Assembly (NCBI GenBank): GCA_951406725.2
Contig: OX597839.1
Location: 23,126,001-23,190,000 of the forward strand
Source: Octopus vulgaris
Lineage: Eukaryota
Length of the DNA: 64,000 bases
Direction of reading: 5' to 3'
The translations under genes were made by a program, and so were the position numbers. This document shows, in pieces, positions 1 to 12,680 of the stretch. Below the pieces are notes generated by a model that did not search any database, was not told the DNA's origin, and saw only the letters and a program-made list of their open reading frames with translations. The first letter of the stretch is position 1. Every line of letters starts with the position of its first letter.

Positions 1-70
1 TCATAATCCATGGAATATTACTCAGTTGTGACTTCCATACAGTCAACAAATACCCAAAACCTGAATTAAT

Positions 71-458
71 ATTCTTTTATTTGTTTCAGTCATTTGACTG
101 TGGCCATGCTGGAGCACCACCTTTAATCGAACAAATCGACCCCAGGACTTATTGTTTGTAAGCCTAGTACTTATTCTATCGGTCTATTTTGCCAAACTGC
201 TAAGTTACGGGGACATAGACACACCACCATCGGATGTCAAGCGATGGTGTGGGGGACAAACACAGACACACAAACACACACACATATATATATACAACGG
301 GCTTCTTTTAGTTTCCGTCTACCAAATCCACTCAGAAGGCTTTGGTCAGCCCAAGGCTATAGTAGAAGACACTTGCCCAAGGTGCCATGCAGTGGGACTG
401 AACCCAGAACCATGTGGTTCAGAAGCAAGCTACTTACCACACAGCCACTTCTGCACCT
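71..458 (-). mobile_element. tRNA-derived SINE, family A (full length)
   Basis: The minus strand starts with a tRNA-like head (GTGGCTGTGTGGTAAG...GGGTTCAGTCCC, Pol III A/B-box-like), has an internal (TA)/(TG) tract and ends with the tail GCATGGCCACAGTCAAATGACTGAAAC. More than 12 homologous copies or fragments occur in the window. Confidence 0.9.
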
Positions 459-1819
459 AATATTTTACTTTAAAGTAAAAGCTTAGTTCTTGAGTCAGAG
501 AAATCTACCTTTTGTAGATATTTTAAAGGTTTTAGTCGTGAGTTATTCAGAGGGTAAAATGGTTAGGGTTGTAAATGGTATGTGTGGGGATTCTGCTTTG
601 ATTCTGTTGAAGAAAACTAGGTTGTTCTTAGAAGATGTCTTCAAATTCTTAGTCCACAGAAACATGTCTGGGACGAGGTGTCTAGACTGTGTGCAGAGGG
701 CGTCCCATGAATGAAGGGTTTGTAAGATCTGTGTAGGAGTACATGGGGTTAGAAATACGAGAGAGAAAGTTTGTTGGTGCAGAGATGAAAGAATGTAAGA
801 GGAACAGTTGAATTCTAGGATAAAAGACTGAGATGGAGAGTGTATCTCTGCAATGGAACCGTCTGATGAGAAACTTTCAATGCCAGAGATGGAGAGACTG
901 AGAGACGAGTAGGAGTAGGTCTCCCTCTTACACCAGAACAGTTGTACAATCTCATTAAGAGTTCCATTAGTGAGAACGAAGCCAAAGAATGAAGAACTAA
1001 GAAGAAATGTGTGAACTAGTGAGGGTGACAGAGTGATGCAGGGGTAAAGCAAAAAAACGGATTGGGTTATGGAAGGTGGGGAAAACCTGAAAGAGCTGTG
1101 AAGGGAGTGGGAGCGAAAATGGGTTGAATGGTATTGGCCCGATGAAATTTAGTATAAAGAAAACAGTACCGAAGGACCAGATAATAAATTGTGGCAAGAA
1201 TAAAGCTCCTTTTTCTAGAGATTCTATGCTGAAAAAGTGTAAGGAGGGTTTGGTAAGAATGGGGGAGGGTGAAATATGACCAGTTATTTGTGGGTTTATC
1301 AAGTCACATGAATAGATATTAAGGGAAAGAAAAGAGCATGGAGTGCATGAGGGGTATACTGCAGGGTTTGTTGTTGTTTAACCGTTAGTTAATCCTGATC
1401 ATGGAGGTATGTGATCAAAGACATTCCAGCTATGACCATCTCACCTTTTCTATCTGTATTTCTCTCACTCTATACACACATGCAGATAAACAGACAGATA
1501 GATAAGCAGACAGACACACAGATAGACAGACGGATGGACAAATAGGATAGACAGACAGACAGATAGATAGTGAGACAGACGGACGGATGGGCAGGCAGAC
1601 AGACAGACAGATAGGTGTATGTGTGTGTGTTCTATTCTTCTTTTGACTTTTTCAGTCATTGGGGCACCATGTTGAAGGGTTTACTGGATCGAATTGACAA
1701 ACAGAAAGATGTGTGCATGTATGCGCATACACACATGTACACACACATACATGGACATATACACGTGTGCATATAAATGTATGTGTGTGTACATATATGT
1801 GTGAATGCATTTATGCATA

Positions 1820-1822
1820 TAA

Positions 1823-1866
<44 letters not shown>

Positions 1867-1869
1867 ATA

Positions 1870-1918
<49 letters not shown>

Positions 1919-1975
1919 GTATATATATGTATACATATATATATATATATGTATATGTATATATATATGTATATA
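1820..1975. repeat. (TA)n/(TATG)n microsatellite
   Basis: Seen directly. Confidence 0.95.
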
Positions 1976-2685
1976 TTTTTATAGGGAAGAAGAGTTCATG
2001 AGTAGTCAACAACCATCCAACAATATGTATGCATGTATGTATGTATGTATGCACAGGGACGTGGAAATACCTGGATTGGTGACCAGGTGTGCAGTTGGCT
2101 CACTGGGAATGGGAGGTCCCCTCTGTTGTTGTCAGAACATCTCTCTGGGAATGGGAAAACTCTGAGAGAAAACCTGCAACACTGACAATATTCAATGATG
2201 TAGAATAGTTCTTCTTTTCTCATTAATGTTGTCCATGGCCGCAGTCAAATGACTGAAACGAGTAAAATAATAAACGAATATTTGAAACAGCATTGTCGAA
2301 GGTGTCCTTTTCTTTTTAAAGACAGTCAGGAGTGATTTTGAGGGATATTTAGTTGCTATTTCTTGTAGGCTGATCACCCATGTAGATATCCCCCCTCAAC
2401 TGACTCGTAATACAGAAGAAGCTTCCCCCCTGGTGATTGTCCAGAGTAAAATAACAAACATGTTTTGTTAGTATTTAATAAACAGATCAGATAGACTTTT
2501 CAAAACAATGCAGAACGGTAAGTGCGGAGAGAAGACGGTGCTCTTCGAGTATTTTGATATATGAAACCTTCCAGCAACCATTTTTCTTATATTTTGGTTT
2601 CAACAACGGAAGGAAGTCTGCTGTTTTGGAATGATTTGAGGAATTTTAAAGTCTGTGTGTTATTTTAGAGGAAAGGAAATAGAAA

Positions 2686-2731
2686 TGGTGGTGGTGGTGG
2701 TGGTGGTGTTGTGGCTGTTGTTGTGGTTATT

Positions 2732-2786
<55 letters not shown>

Positions 2787-3280
2787 ATGATGATGACAGA
2801 TATGTTGATGTAATCTTGTTCAAGGAGGTATTAGTAATATAATACTAAAAAGATAAGTGGTGGTGGTGATGATGATGATAATGATGATGATGATGATGAT
2901 GATGATGTTGGTGGTGGTGGTGATGATGATGATGATGGTGGTAGTGGTGAAGGTGGTGGTGGTGGTGATGATGATGATGAAAGTGATAATAGTAGTGGTG
3001 GTGGTGATGGTGGTGGTGAGGATGATGATGATGATGATTACAAGTGATGGTAGTGGTGATGATGATGATGATGAAAGTGATAATGGTGGTAGAGGCAGTG
3101 GTGGTGGTAGTGGTGGTGGTGGTGGTGGTGGTGATGACAATGATGATCGTTATGGTGATGATGATGATGGAGGTGGAGGTGGCAAGGAGGAGGACGATGA
3201 TGTGAAGACCACAAGGAGGTGGAGATGGAGGAGGAGGCATTGGAGGAAGAGGACGACGACAACGATGATGAAGATGACAC
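2686..3280. repeat. Compound triplet repeat (GGT/GTT/GCT/GAT/GGA)n
   Basis: Seen directly; source of the poly-V/M/H/G/D ORFs. Confidence 0.95.
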
Positions 3281-4236
3281 ACAAGACATGCTTTTATGGC
3301 CGCACTGCCTCCATGCCATTGACATGCTTAATCATTTGTTCTGGCGGTCAGGAGAAGTCTCATTTCAGGCTGTTCTGTTGATCAAATCAACCGGAACACC
3401 TGTCATTGTAAGCGAGAGAATGTCAGTAACTGGTCTTGCATCAACCCCACTCAAGCACTTCTAACTCATTTGTCCCTCTCCATCTTGATACCCCTATTCT
3501 ATCTACCCCTTCCAGACCCTCACAAAGCACTAACACCCAGTCCTTCCTCCACTGAATGTTAGTCCTCTGGAATTCCTTCCTTGTCCTTTGTTTTTTAGGC
3601 AATCATCAACTTCAAGGGAAACATAAGCCACCTCAATATCAAAGGGGCCTACAAAGGACATGGGTACAGCCCTTTTTTGTAGACAAAACCCCACAAAAAA
3701 CAATTGAGGATCACTAGGAAGGAATGTAAAGTACTTACTCACTGCATAACTACAAGTTTCTACCCAAAAGGCAAGACAGACAACCAAGCATTTTGTGGTA
3801 CTTCAACCAGCTAGAAATAGCAGCTAAGTTTCCTACAAATTAAATTTTACTAATTTTAAAAGATGAAGGCTACTCAGTGCATTCCAACTACATTGTGTCC
3901 TCTCTGTGAGACATGAGGGATGATCATGGCTGGAATGCCTTTGATGATAAATCTGTTCAATATGAACTGATCTGGAACTAAACATTAACAACTTAATACA
4001 AGGCATAAAGCAAATAGAGAGAGAGGGTGAGAGACAGAGAGAGAGAGAGAGGGGAAGAGACAGAGACAGACAGAGAGAGGAGGAGACAGAGACATAGAGA
4101 GAACTGATATCAATGGAAGATGATAAGTGATTGATCTTTCTATTGATTACTGTTATGGAAGTGATAACCCTTTTTAATTTTGTTAATGTATGATCTGCCT
4201 CATAAAAGTGTATGGCCTTGTGGGGGTGGCGGTAGT

Positions 4237-4450
4237 GAAGGTGCATGGCTCAGTGGTCAGGGCTATTTGGCTCACAATCGTTAAATCATGAGGTCGATTC
4301 TCGGTGGTGCATCCTGCCCTTGAGCAAGACACTTTATTTCTCGTTGGATCCAGTTCACTCACCGGGCAAAAAGTGATTTGTACCTGTAATTTCAAAGGGG
4401 CCAGCCTTGTCACATTCTGCGTCGTGCTGAATCTCCCTGAGAACTACGTT
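4237..4450 (+). mobile_element. tRNA-derived SINE, family C (CORE/V-domain-like body), truncated
   Basis: Head GCATGGCTCAGTGGTCAG...GGTCGATTC followed by CCTTGAGCAAGACACTTTATTTC. Homologues at 15.2-16.1k, 20.2-20.5k, 31.8k, 34.7k, 38.5-38.8k, 42.3-42.6k and 61.5-61.9k. Confidence 0.8.
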
Positions 4451-5219
4451 AATCCTTTAGCATTCAGATTTTATTCTGTCAAAAGTAAGGCTTGTTTATA
4501 TTATTTAGAATTAATCATGGATTATCTCAAAGCTTTCAGATTTTGATGAGGCAACTTAGATTTTTACTATGATATTCTTTTACTTGTTTCAGTCAATTGA
4601 CTGTGGCCATGCTTGAGCACCACCTTTAGTCAAACAAATCAACCCCAGGACTTATTCTTTGTAATCCTAGTACTTATTCTATCGGTCTCTTTGGCCAAAA
4701 CGCTAAGTGATGGGGACATAAACACACCAACATCGGTTATCAAGTGATAGTGGGGAAAGAAATACAAACACACAAATACATAGATGCCAGTGCCTCCTGA
4801 CATACTCCCATGCCAGTAGCACATAAAAAGCACCATCCGAATGTGGTCAATTGCCTGTGCCCCGTGACTAGTTCCTGTGCTGATGGCACGTAAAAAGCAC
4901 CCACTACACTCTCGGAGTGGTTGGCATCAGGATGGGCATTCGGCTGTAGAAACCTTGCCAGATCAGATTGGAGCCTGGTGCAGCCTTCAGCATTTGGAAA
5001 AAGATAAAGATGGCGTTTGAATGTTTACACTACATGTTTACACTAAATACTATGCTGACCTTTATGCCAGGAAATATGGTAAAACATGCAAAATAAGGGG
5101 ACATGGAATTTATAGCTAAAAATAGCAGGTCACTTTATATACCAAGGTGATTTTGGAAAGCCAAAAATTCCATGGGAAATGCTACAGGATTTGGGAAGAT
5201 AGAGATGATCTTTGAATAT

Positions 5220-5607
5220 TTAACTCTTTAGCATTTAAACCAGCCAAATCCGGCCAAAATATTCTCCATTTTATGCACAAAGTGGCCAGATTTGGCCTCG
5301 CACACCAACCCTATACTGTCATTCTAAAAATTAACAGTTACATCATCAAAACTTGAAAGTTACAAGAATAATGCAGGATTAATTAAAAACATGTAAATAA
5401 ATAAACATTACTTTCGACAGAATAAGGAGAACGCTAAAGAGTTAGGCGCAGGAGTGGCTGTGTGGTAAGTAGCTTGCTAACCAACCACATGGTTCTGGGT
5501 TCAGTCCCACTGCGTGGCATCTTGAACAAGCGTCTTCTGCTATAGCCCCGGGCCAACCAATGCCTTGTGAGTGGATTTGGTAGACGGAAACTGAAAGAAG
5601 CCTGTTG

Positions 5608-5642
<35 letters not shown>

Positions 5643-5870
5643 GTGTGTGTTTGTGTGTCTGTGTTTGTCCCCCTAGCATTGCTTGACAACTGATGCTGGT
5701 GTGTTTACGTCCCCATCACTTAGCGGTTCGGCAAAGAGACCAATAGAATAAGTACTGGGCTTACAAAGAATAAGTCTCGGGGTCGAGTTGCTCGACTAAA
5801 GGCAGTGCTCCAGCATGGCCACAGTCAAATGACTGAAACAAGTAAAAGAGAGTAAAAGAGAAAGAGTTAA
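5220..5870. mobile_element. piggyBac-like MITE (TTAA ends) interrupted by a family A SINE
   Basis: Termini TTAACTCTTTAGC / GCTAAAGAGTTAA. Related copies at 4449, 10934-11964, 31136, 32115 and 43382. Confidence 0.75.
5445..5860 (+). mobile_element. SINE family A, full length, with 9-bp TSD
   Basis: tRNA head to AGTAAAAG tail; AAAGAGTTA is duplicated at 5436-5444 and 5861-5869. Confidence 0.9.
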
Positions 5871-6083
5871 GCTACATATTTTCACAATATATAATAACAC
5901 TGATTTGGATGCTGGAAAGTACAGTAAAACAAACACAAACTAAGATGGCATTTTTATCACCAAAACAATCAGGTCAACTTCAGACAACTTTAGAAGATGA
6001 AAAAATTCCACGTGAAATGCACTAGAATTTGGAAAGACACGGATAATGTTTGAATGTTTACACTACATGTTTTCTCTATATAT

Positions 6084-6309
6084 ATGTTTCTTTATTACTC
6101 ACAAGGGGCTAAACACAGAGGGGACAAACAAAGACAGACAAAGGGATTAAGTCGATTACATCGAGCCCAGTGCGAAAATGGTACTTTATTTATCGACCCC
6201 GAAAGGATGAAAGGCAAAGTCAACCTCGGCGGAATTTGAACTCAGAACGTAACGACAGACGAAATACCGCAAAGCATTTCGCCCGGCGTGCTAACGATTC
6301 CGCCAGCTC
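6084..6309 (-). mobile_element. tRNA-derived SINE, family B (long-tail variant)
   Basis: GAGCTGGCGGAATCGTTAG...GAGTTCAAATTCC head and GCCTTTCATCCTTTCGGGGTCGATAAA central domain; many copies in the window. Confidence 0.9.
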
Positions 6310-7581
6310 ATATAACATGGATATGTATGCCAGGGAATACAGTATGGAACTAAGTGCTGGTACAGCTGTCTCTCTCTCCCTTCCAATATCACACCCTCAA
6401 TGTTCCACTGTGCGAAGGGATGGGCATCAACGGATACTTGTGACTGCATCAGCACCGAAAACAATTGGAAACTAGGTCAAACTCACTTGTGAGCGCACAG
6501 CTAGAGTTATCTTCTAATTTGGAGTGAGACTCCAGAAGCCTTGAAACATTGCTGAATCTCTCTCTCTCTCTCTCTCTCTCCTCTCCATCACTTCAGAATT
6601 GGTTTAATATTCTCTCTCTCTCTCCTCTCCATCACTCTCTCTCTCTCTAACTGTAGCAATATTTATCATTGCCGTTTCTCTACAGTAATTAACATTTATT
6701 CCATTCAGGTGTAACTTGGCTCACAGTTGAGGACACTGGCAAAAACATCAGCCAACCTTTCTGAATTATTGAAACAGTAGTGGAGTGTAAGGGAAGTGAG
6801 AGTGAAAGCCTGGGTGGTTCTTAGAATGCTAAGTACACAGGGTTCACACAGTGGAATGAATTTTCCGCTTGGTCGGAGAGAGAGAGGGAGAGAAAGAGAG
6901 AGGAGATGCTTACTGGTGGCTTTGGATAAATAGATTAGGTGTGACTGTGGAGGTGGTGGTGGTGGTGGTGGTGATTATGATAGTGAAGAGGAAAGGAGAA
7001 GGGGAGGGGTAATAAGTGTTAGTGGGGTGGGGTGGGGGTGAAGAAATGGTCAATGTGAGGAGAAAATTGAAAAACAGAAAAATCAGCAGATTTGACAAAA
7101 AAAGGGGGAAGGAATGACACAAAGACAGGAAAATATCATACACATGAAGAGATAAATATAGACTTACACACTCACTCATACACACACACACACACATGTG
7201 CGTGAGTGTGTGCGTACACACGCACATATCAATATAGAAACAGTTACACACACACACACATAACCTCAATAGAGTTTCCATTTTTTTTCAGATTATTATT
7301 ATTATTATTACAGAGAGGTACTTGCATAGCAAGTGACTTGATCTGAGTTTGTGTGCTGAAACAAAAGCAATTGCAGCATGGAGCGTGTTGATAAGCCATT
7401 TAAAAACACACAAAAAAACCATTAGATTCGTTTCAACATTTAAATTTAATTTGTTAAAATATTTTTGTGGCTTTGAAACCACATCCTGTTCACTGACAAA
7501 ATTCCATGCTGCATCTCAGGAAGTAACAGTTAGTTCATGATATATATGCATGCATGCCTGTATGTATGTATGTATGTATGT

Positions 7582-7743
7582 AGACGCAGGAGTGGCTGTG
7601 TGGTAAGTAGCTTGCTAACCAACCACATGGTTCCGGGTTCAGTCCCACTGCGTGGCATCTTGGGCAAGTGTCTTCTGCTATAGCCCCGGGCCGACCAATG
7701 CCTTGTGAGTGGATTTGGTAGACGGAAACTGAAAGAAGCCTGT

Positions 7744-7802
<59 letters not shown>

Positions 7803-8022
7803 ATGTTTGTGTGTCTGTGTTTGTCTCCCTAGCATTGCCTGACAACCGATGCTGGTGTGTTTACGTCCCCGTCACTTAGCAGTTCAGCAAAAGAGACTGA
7901 TAGAATAAGTACTGGGCTTACAAAGAATAAGTCCCGGGGTCGATTTGCGCGACTAAAGGCGGTGCTCCAGCATGGCCGCAGTCAAATAACTGAAACAAGT
8001 AAAAGAGTAAAGAGTAAAGAGT
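7582..8022 (+). mobile_element. SINE family A, young full-length copy inside (TATG)n
   Basis: Very similar to the copies at 5445 and 31243; CpGs largely intact. Confidence 0.9.
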
Positions 8023-8189
8023 ATGTATGTATGTATGTATGCATGCATGGATGTATGTATGTATGTATGGATGGATGGATGGATGGATTGATGTATGGAT
8101 GGATGCATGCATGCATGCATGTATGTGCATAAACATATGTGTACATGTGTATGCATGGGTGCATGCTTATACACATGTATGTACATATG

Positions 8190-8970
8190 TATGCAGATGA
8201 TTGTGATCTTGTAGCGCACACAGAGATTGATATGCAACACATTTTGAATGCATTCTCTGATGCTTGCACTGCCTTAGGATTGACAGTCAGACTCAAGAAA
8301 ACTGTTGTCAAGCATCAACCTGCCCCTGGTAAACAGCATAGTGTACCAAATATCTATGTGTATGGTAAACGACTTGGTGTAGTCGATCAGTTTGTCTACC
8401 TGGGAAGCACTATTAATAGATATAGCAATTTGGATGATGAAATTCCATATAGAATTAGGAAAGCAAGTGTTGCTTTCGGAAGGCTAGAAAGGCGCCTCTG
8501 GAGTCAGCGAGACATATGCAGGAAGGCAAAGTAAAAGGTGTACAAGGCTTGTGTACTCCCTTCTCTTCTCTATGCCTGCGAGACCTGGGTCACATATCGA
8601 TACCACCTTAAACAACTGGAATGTTTCCATCAGATGTGTCTCAGACGGATCTATGGCATCAGTGATCTTGAGATATTGGAAAGCTCTCGGTGTGAAAGAA
8701 AAGAAGCTCTTGTGCTGAATCAAAGGCTCAGATGGAGTGGTATAAAGACGAGGTATAAAGACATGCTGAAGGTTTCCTTGAGAGATGCTTGCATCTCTCC
8801 TGACACATGGGAAGGCATAGCTATTGATCGTAGCAGGTGGAGAAGGATTGTGCATAAGGGGACAGCTACTTTTGAGAAATCTCGAGTTGTGCATGAGAAA
8901 GTAAGGAGGAAGGATGTCAGGAAGACCCTGCTTCAGTAAAGCTGAACTCAAAAGTCATCTTTGTAGTCAT
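8190..8970 (+). pseudogene. 5'-truncated, internally deleted RTE-clade LINE (RT C-terminal half to C-terminal C2H2-like remnant)
   Basis: YADDCDLVAH...FVYLGSTI...KASVAFGRL...*KVYKACVLPSLLYACETW...CFHQMCLRRI...LRWSG...RYKDMLKVSL...DRSRWR, then in another frame GRPCFSKAELKSHLCSH, followed by (AAT)n. One in-frame stop at 8532-8534. Confidence 0.9.
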
Positions 8971-9161
8971 AATAATAATAATAATCCTTTCTACTAAAGG
9001 CACAAGGCCTGAAATTTGTGGGGAGGGGACTTGTCAATTATATCGACCCCACTACATAACATACAAACATACATACACGCATATAGGCATGCACCCATGC
9101 ATGCACATGTACACATATACATATGCACATACATACATACGTACATACATATGTGCATGCA

Positions 9162-9195
<34 letters not shown>

Positions 9196-9237
9196 CACAC
9201 ATACATTCATACACACACACATACATACATACATACA

Positions 9238-9272
<35 letters not shown>

Positions 9273-9433
9273 CATGAACAAACGGAATTTTGTCAGTGAT
9301 CAGGTCATGGTCTGAAAGCGACAAAAATATTTTGACAGATTAAATTTAAATGCTAAGAGAACCTAACAGTTTTTGTGTGTTTTTAAATGGCTTACAAACA
9401 CCTTCTATGCTGCAATTGTTGTTGTTGTTGTTA

Positions 9434-9478
<45 letters not shown>

Positions 9479-10022
9479 GGGCAGCAAGCTGGCAGAATCG
9501 TTAGCATGCCAGTTGAAATGCTTAGCAGGATTTCATCTGCTGCTACATTCTGAGTTCAAATTCTGGCAAGGTTGACTTTACCTGTGATCCTTTTAGGGTT
9601 GATTAAATAAGTACCAGTGATACACTGTGTCCGAAGTAATTGACTAATCCCTTATGCCAAATTACAGGCCTCGTGCCTACAGTAGAAAGGATCATCATCA
9701 TCATCCTCATCATCACCACCGCCACCACTGCCACCGCCACCACCACCATCCTCATCATCATTCATTATTATCATTATTAAAGTAGTAAACTGGCAGAATT
9801 GTTAGCACACTGAGTGAAATGCTAAGTGGTATTTCGTCTACTGCTACGTTCTGAGTTCAAATTCTGCCGAGGTCGAGTTTGCCTTTCATCCTTTTGGAAG
9901 GGTCAATGAAATAAGTACCAGTTATGTACTGGGGGTCGATATAACCAACTAGTCCCCTCTCCATAAATTTCAAGCCTTGTGCCTTTAGTTGAAAGGATTA
10001 TTATTATTATCATTATTATTGT

Positions 10023-10076
<54 letters not shown>

Positions 10077-10297
10077 CAGCAGCAGTACTACTACTACTAC
10101 TACTACTACTATGGAAAACTAGTAAGCGGCATTTTGTCTGACTTTATGTTCTCAGTTTCGATGCTGCCAAATTGACTTTGCCGTTCATCCTTTTGGGGGG
10201 GTTGATAAATTAAGTACCAGTGAAACACTGGGGTTGATGTAATCAACTTAACTCCTTTCCCAAAATTTCAGCCCTTGTGCCTTTATAGGAAGGATTA
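9479..10297 (+). mobile_element. Chain of three family B SINEs separated by triplet microsatellites
   Basis: Three head-to-tail copies, each ending ...AGAAAGGAT-like and followed by (ATC/ATT/AGT)n. Confidence 0.85.
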
Positions 10298-10933
10298 CTA
10301 TTATCATTACTGTTATCATTACTATTATTTAATCTGTATGTTTGTTTATGATTTTAATCTGTATGTTTGTTACAATCACTTGCCAAGACACACCCAGCAT
10401 CCTAGGGTGAGTATTATTATTATTATTACTATTATAATTATTATTATATACTTTTAATCTGTAAGTTTGTTACAGTCACTTGCCAAGACACACCCAGCAT
10501 CCTAGGGCGATTATTGTTATTGTTATTATTATTATTATTATTATTACCAGTCCAACACCTTTCAGGTGTTGAAATCCAGACCACCATTCCCAACCATTAC
10601 AACTTTGTAAATCCTCGTATCTCTTTCATCAGAATTTCCTTTTATCCCTGCGTTTATCTTTGATTTTCCTAAACACAAGGTTATCGGATTACACCTGAAA
10701 GAGATACAGTGGAAGCCCCTCAATGGATGTTTGAGGGAATTCGTGTACAGGGAAGTGAGGTGTGAATAAGATGAGTAGAAAAATAAGTGATAAGCCCTGA
10801 CCAGGTAACAAGTGCTGAAGACAACAGGTTACTTTTAACGAGGCTCCAATGAACAGATGACAGGGGTCATTGGGAATATATTAACTTGGGAACCAATCCA
10901 AACCATGCCTTCAAAATTAAAACAGATGCTAAT

Positions 10934-11279
10934 TTAACCGTTTCGCATCCAGATTATTCTCTCAAATCTAATACATATTTATTCATATGCTTTAGAGTTC
11001 GTCTTGGATTATCTCATAATCTCACAGCTTTGAGATTTCAATGATGTAACTGTTTCATTCTTTTATCCTTTTGCTTGTTTCAGTCATTTGACTGCGGCCA
11101 TGCTGGAGCACTGCCTTGAAGGGTTGTACTCAAATAAATTGGCCCCCCAAGACTTATTGTTTGTAAGCCTAGTACTTATTCCATCAGTCTCTTTTGCCGA
11201 ACTGCTATGTTATGGGGATGTAAATACACCAACACCAGTTGTCAAGTGGTGAGGTGGGAGGACAAACACAGACATAAAG

Positions 11280-11316
<37 letters not shown>

Positions 11317-11360
11317 CACACCCATTTATGTATATACACACATACATGCATATATATGTA

Positions 11361-11416
<56 letters not shown>

Positions 11417-11964
11417 TGAAGGCATGGTTGTGTGGTAAGAAGCTAGCTTTCCAAGCACATGGTTCTGGGTTCAGTCCCACTGCGTGGCACCTTGGGCAAG
11501 TGTCTTCTACTATAGCCTCAGGCCGACCAAAGCTTTGTGAGTGGATTTGGTAGATGGAAACTGAAAGAAGCCCCTCGTATATATATATATGGTAAATGAA
11601 AGATGGAATATACAAGAAAGATGTGATATTCGAGAATTTATTATTAATCACGACAATTGTTGTGACTAAAGGTGGTGCTCCAGCATGGCCACAGTCAAAT
11701 GACTGGAACAAATAAAAGAATAAAAAGAATACGATGAGCTTCTTTCAGTTTCTATCAACTAAGTCGAGGGAATGATAGAAGACACTTGCCCACAGTGCCA
11801 TGCAGTAGGACTGAACCTGGAACCATGTGCTTAGGAAGCAAGCTTCTTACCACAGAACCATGACATTGTAGGATAGGTGTGAGGGGCTGGATCTGGCCAG
11901 TTTGAACAAAAAGGAGGCAGAATACTTGGGTCAGATACAACCTGTTTAAATGCTAAAGGGTTAA
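10934..11964. mobile_element. piggyBac-like MITE containing two nested family A SINEs
   Basis: Left end TTAACCGTTTCGCAT, right end ATGCTAAAGGGTTAA; SINE A (-) at about 11058-11860 with SINE A (+) at about 11414-11728 inside it. Confidence 0.75.
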
Positions 11965-12539
11965 AAAAATTCAACAACAATCTTGAATTAGTCTAGAAGA
12001 AAGTCCCCACAAGGTTGTTTGGCCAGCTAGAAATAACAGCTAAATTTTCTTCAGATCACATTTCTGCTGTTTTAAAACAAGGACACAGCACAATGTAATC
12101 CAAGAACACAATGCATTGCCTAGTCCAGGAATCGAAACCACAATCTTACAGTTATGAGTCCAACAGCCTGACCACTAAGCCATGCACCTCCACAACTTGC
12201 AAAAATGACAGACGGTGTTCTCAATATAAAGTAGGACTTCACAAGGAATATAGTTAAACCACAGGCAAGCACATACAGGGTGAAAAGAACATCAATTAGC
12301 ACAGCAGGGAAATAAATTCTTTTCAGTGCTTGGAAGTCTCCATACACTAGCATAGCCAGAATGTGTGCTGCCCGGTGTTAAGTTATGGGGACATAAACAA
12401 ACTAACACTGGTTGCCAAGTTGTTGACACAAAGCATGCACATACATACCACACTCATGCATAACAAACACACACACACACAAATGACATGTTGGGCTTCG
12501 ACACATTTCCTCTCTACCAAACTCATTCACAAGGAATTA

Positions 12540-12680
12540 TAAGGTTGTCCCAAAAGTTCGTAGAAAGTCTTGGAAAATAATGGTATTTATTTTGAGGAAT
12601 AATTTTTGTTGTTTTTGTTAGTACTTGGCGAGTAAAAATTCAATTTTCGCAAGTGTTTACGAACTTTTGGGACAACCTAA
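12540..12680. mobile_element. mariner-type MITE with TA TSD, inserted in a decayed SINE A
   Basis: Perfect 21-bp inverted repeat AGGTTGTCCCAAAAGTTCGTA / TACGAACTTTTGGGACAACCT, with TA on both flanks. Confidence 0.85.

Noticed and set aside
152-486. Recurring ORFs such as EDTCPRCHAVGLNPEPCG / PRSGTEPRTMW
   Set aside because: They are antisense translations of SINE A copies, not a gene family.
2486-2523. Plus-strand mini-exon ...ACAATGCAGAACG|GTAAGT
   Set aside because: The donor is good, but the segment is too short and has no partner exon; this is expected by chance in 64 kb.
8139-8939. RT fragment as a retron, DGR or other novel RT system
   Set aside because: The motifs are those of an RTE-clade LINE; the N-terminal RT half is missing and the fragment has a stop and deletions.
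10680-10765. Possible terminal exon ending ...GSEV* (PDZ-like motif)
   Set aside because: Weak acceptor, two frames are equally open, and there is no other support.
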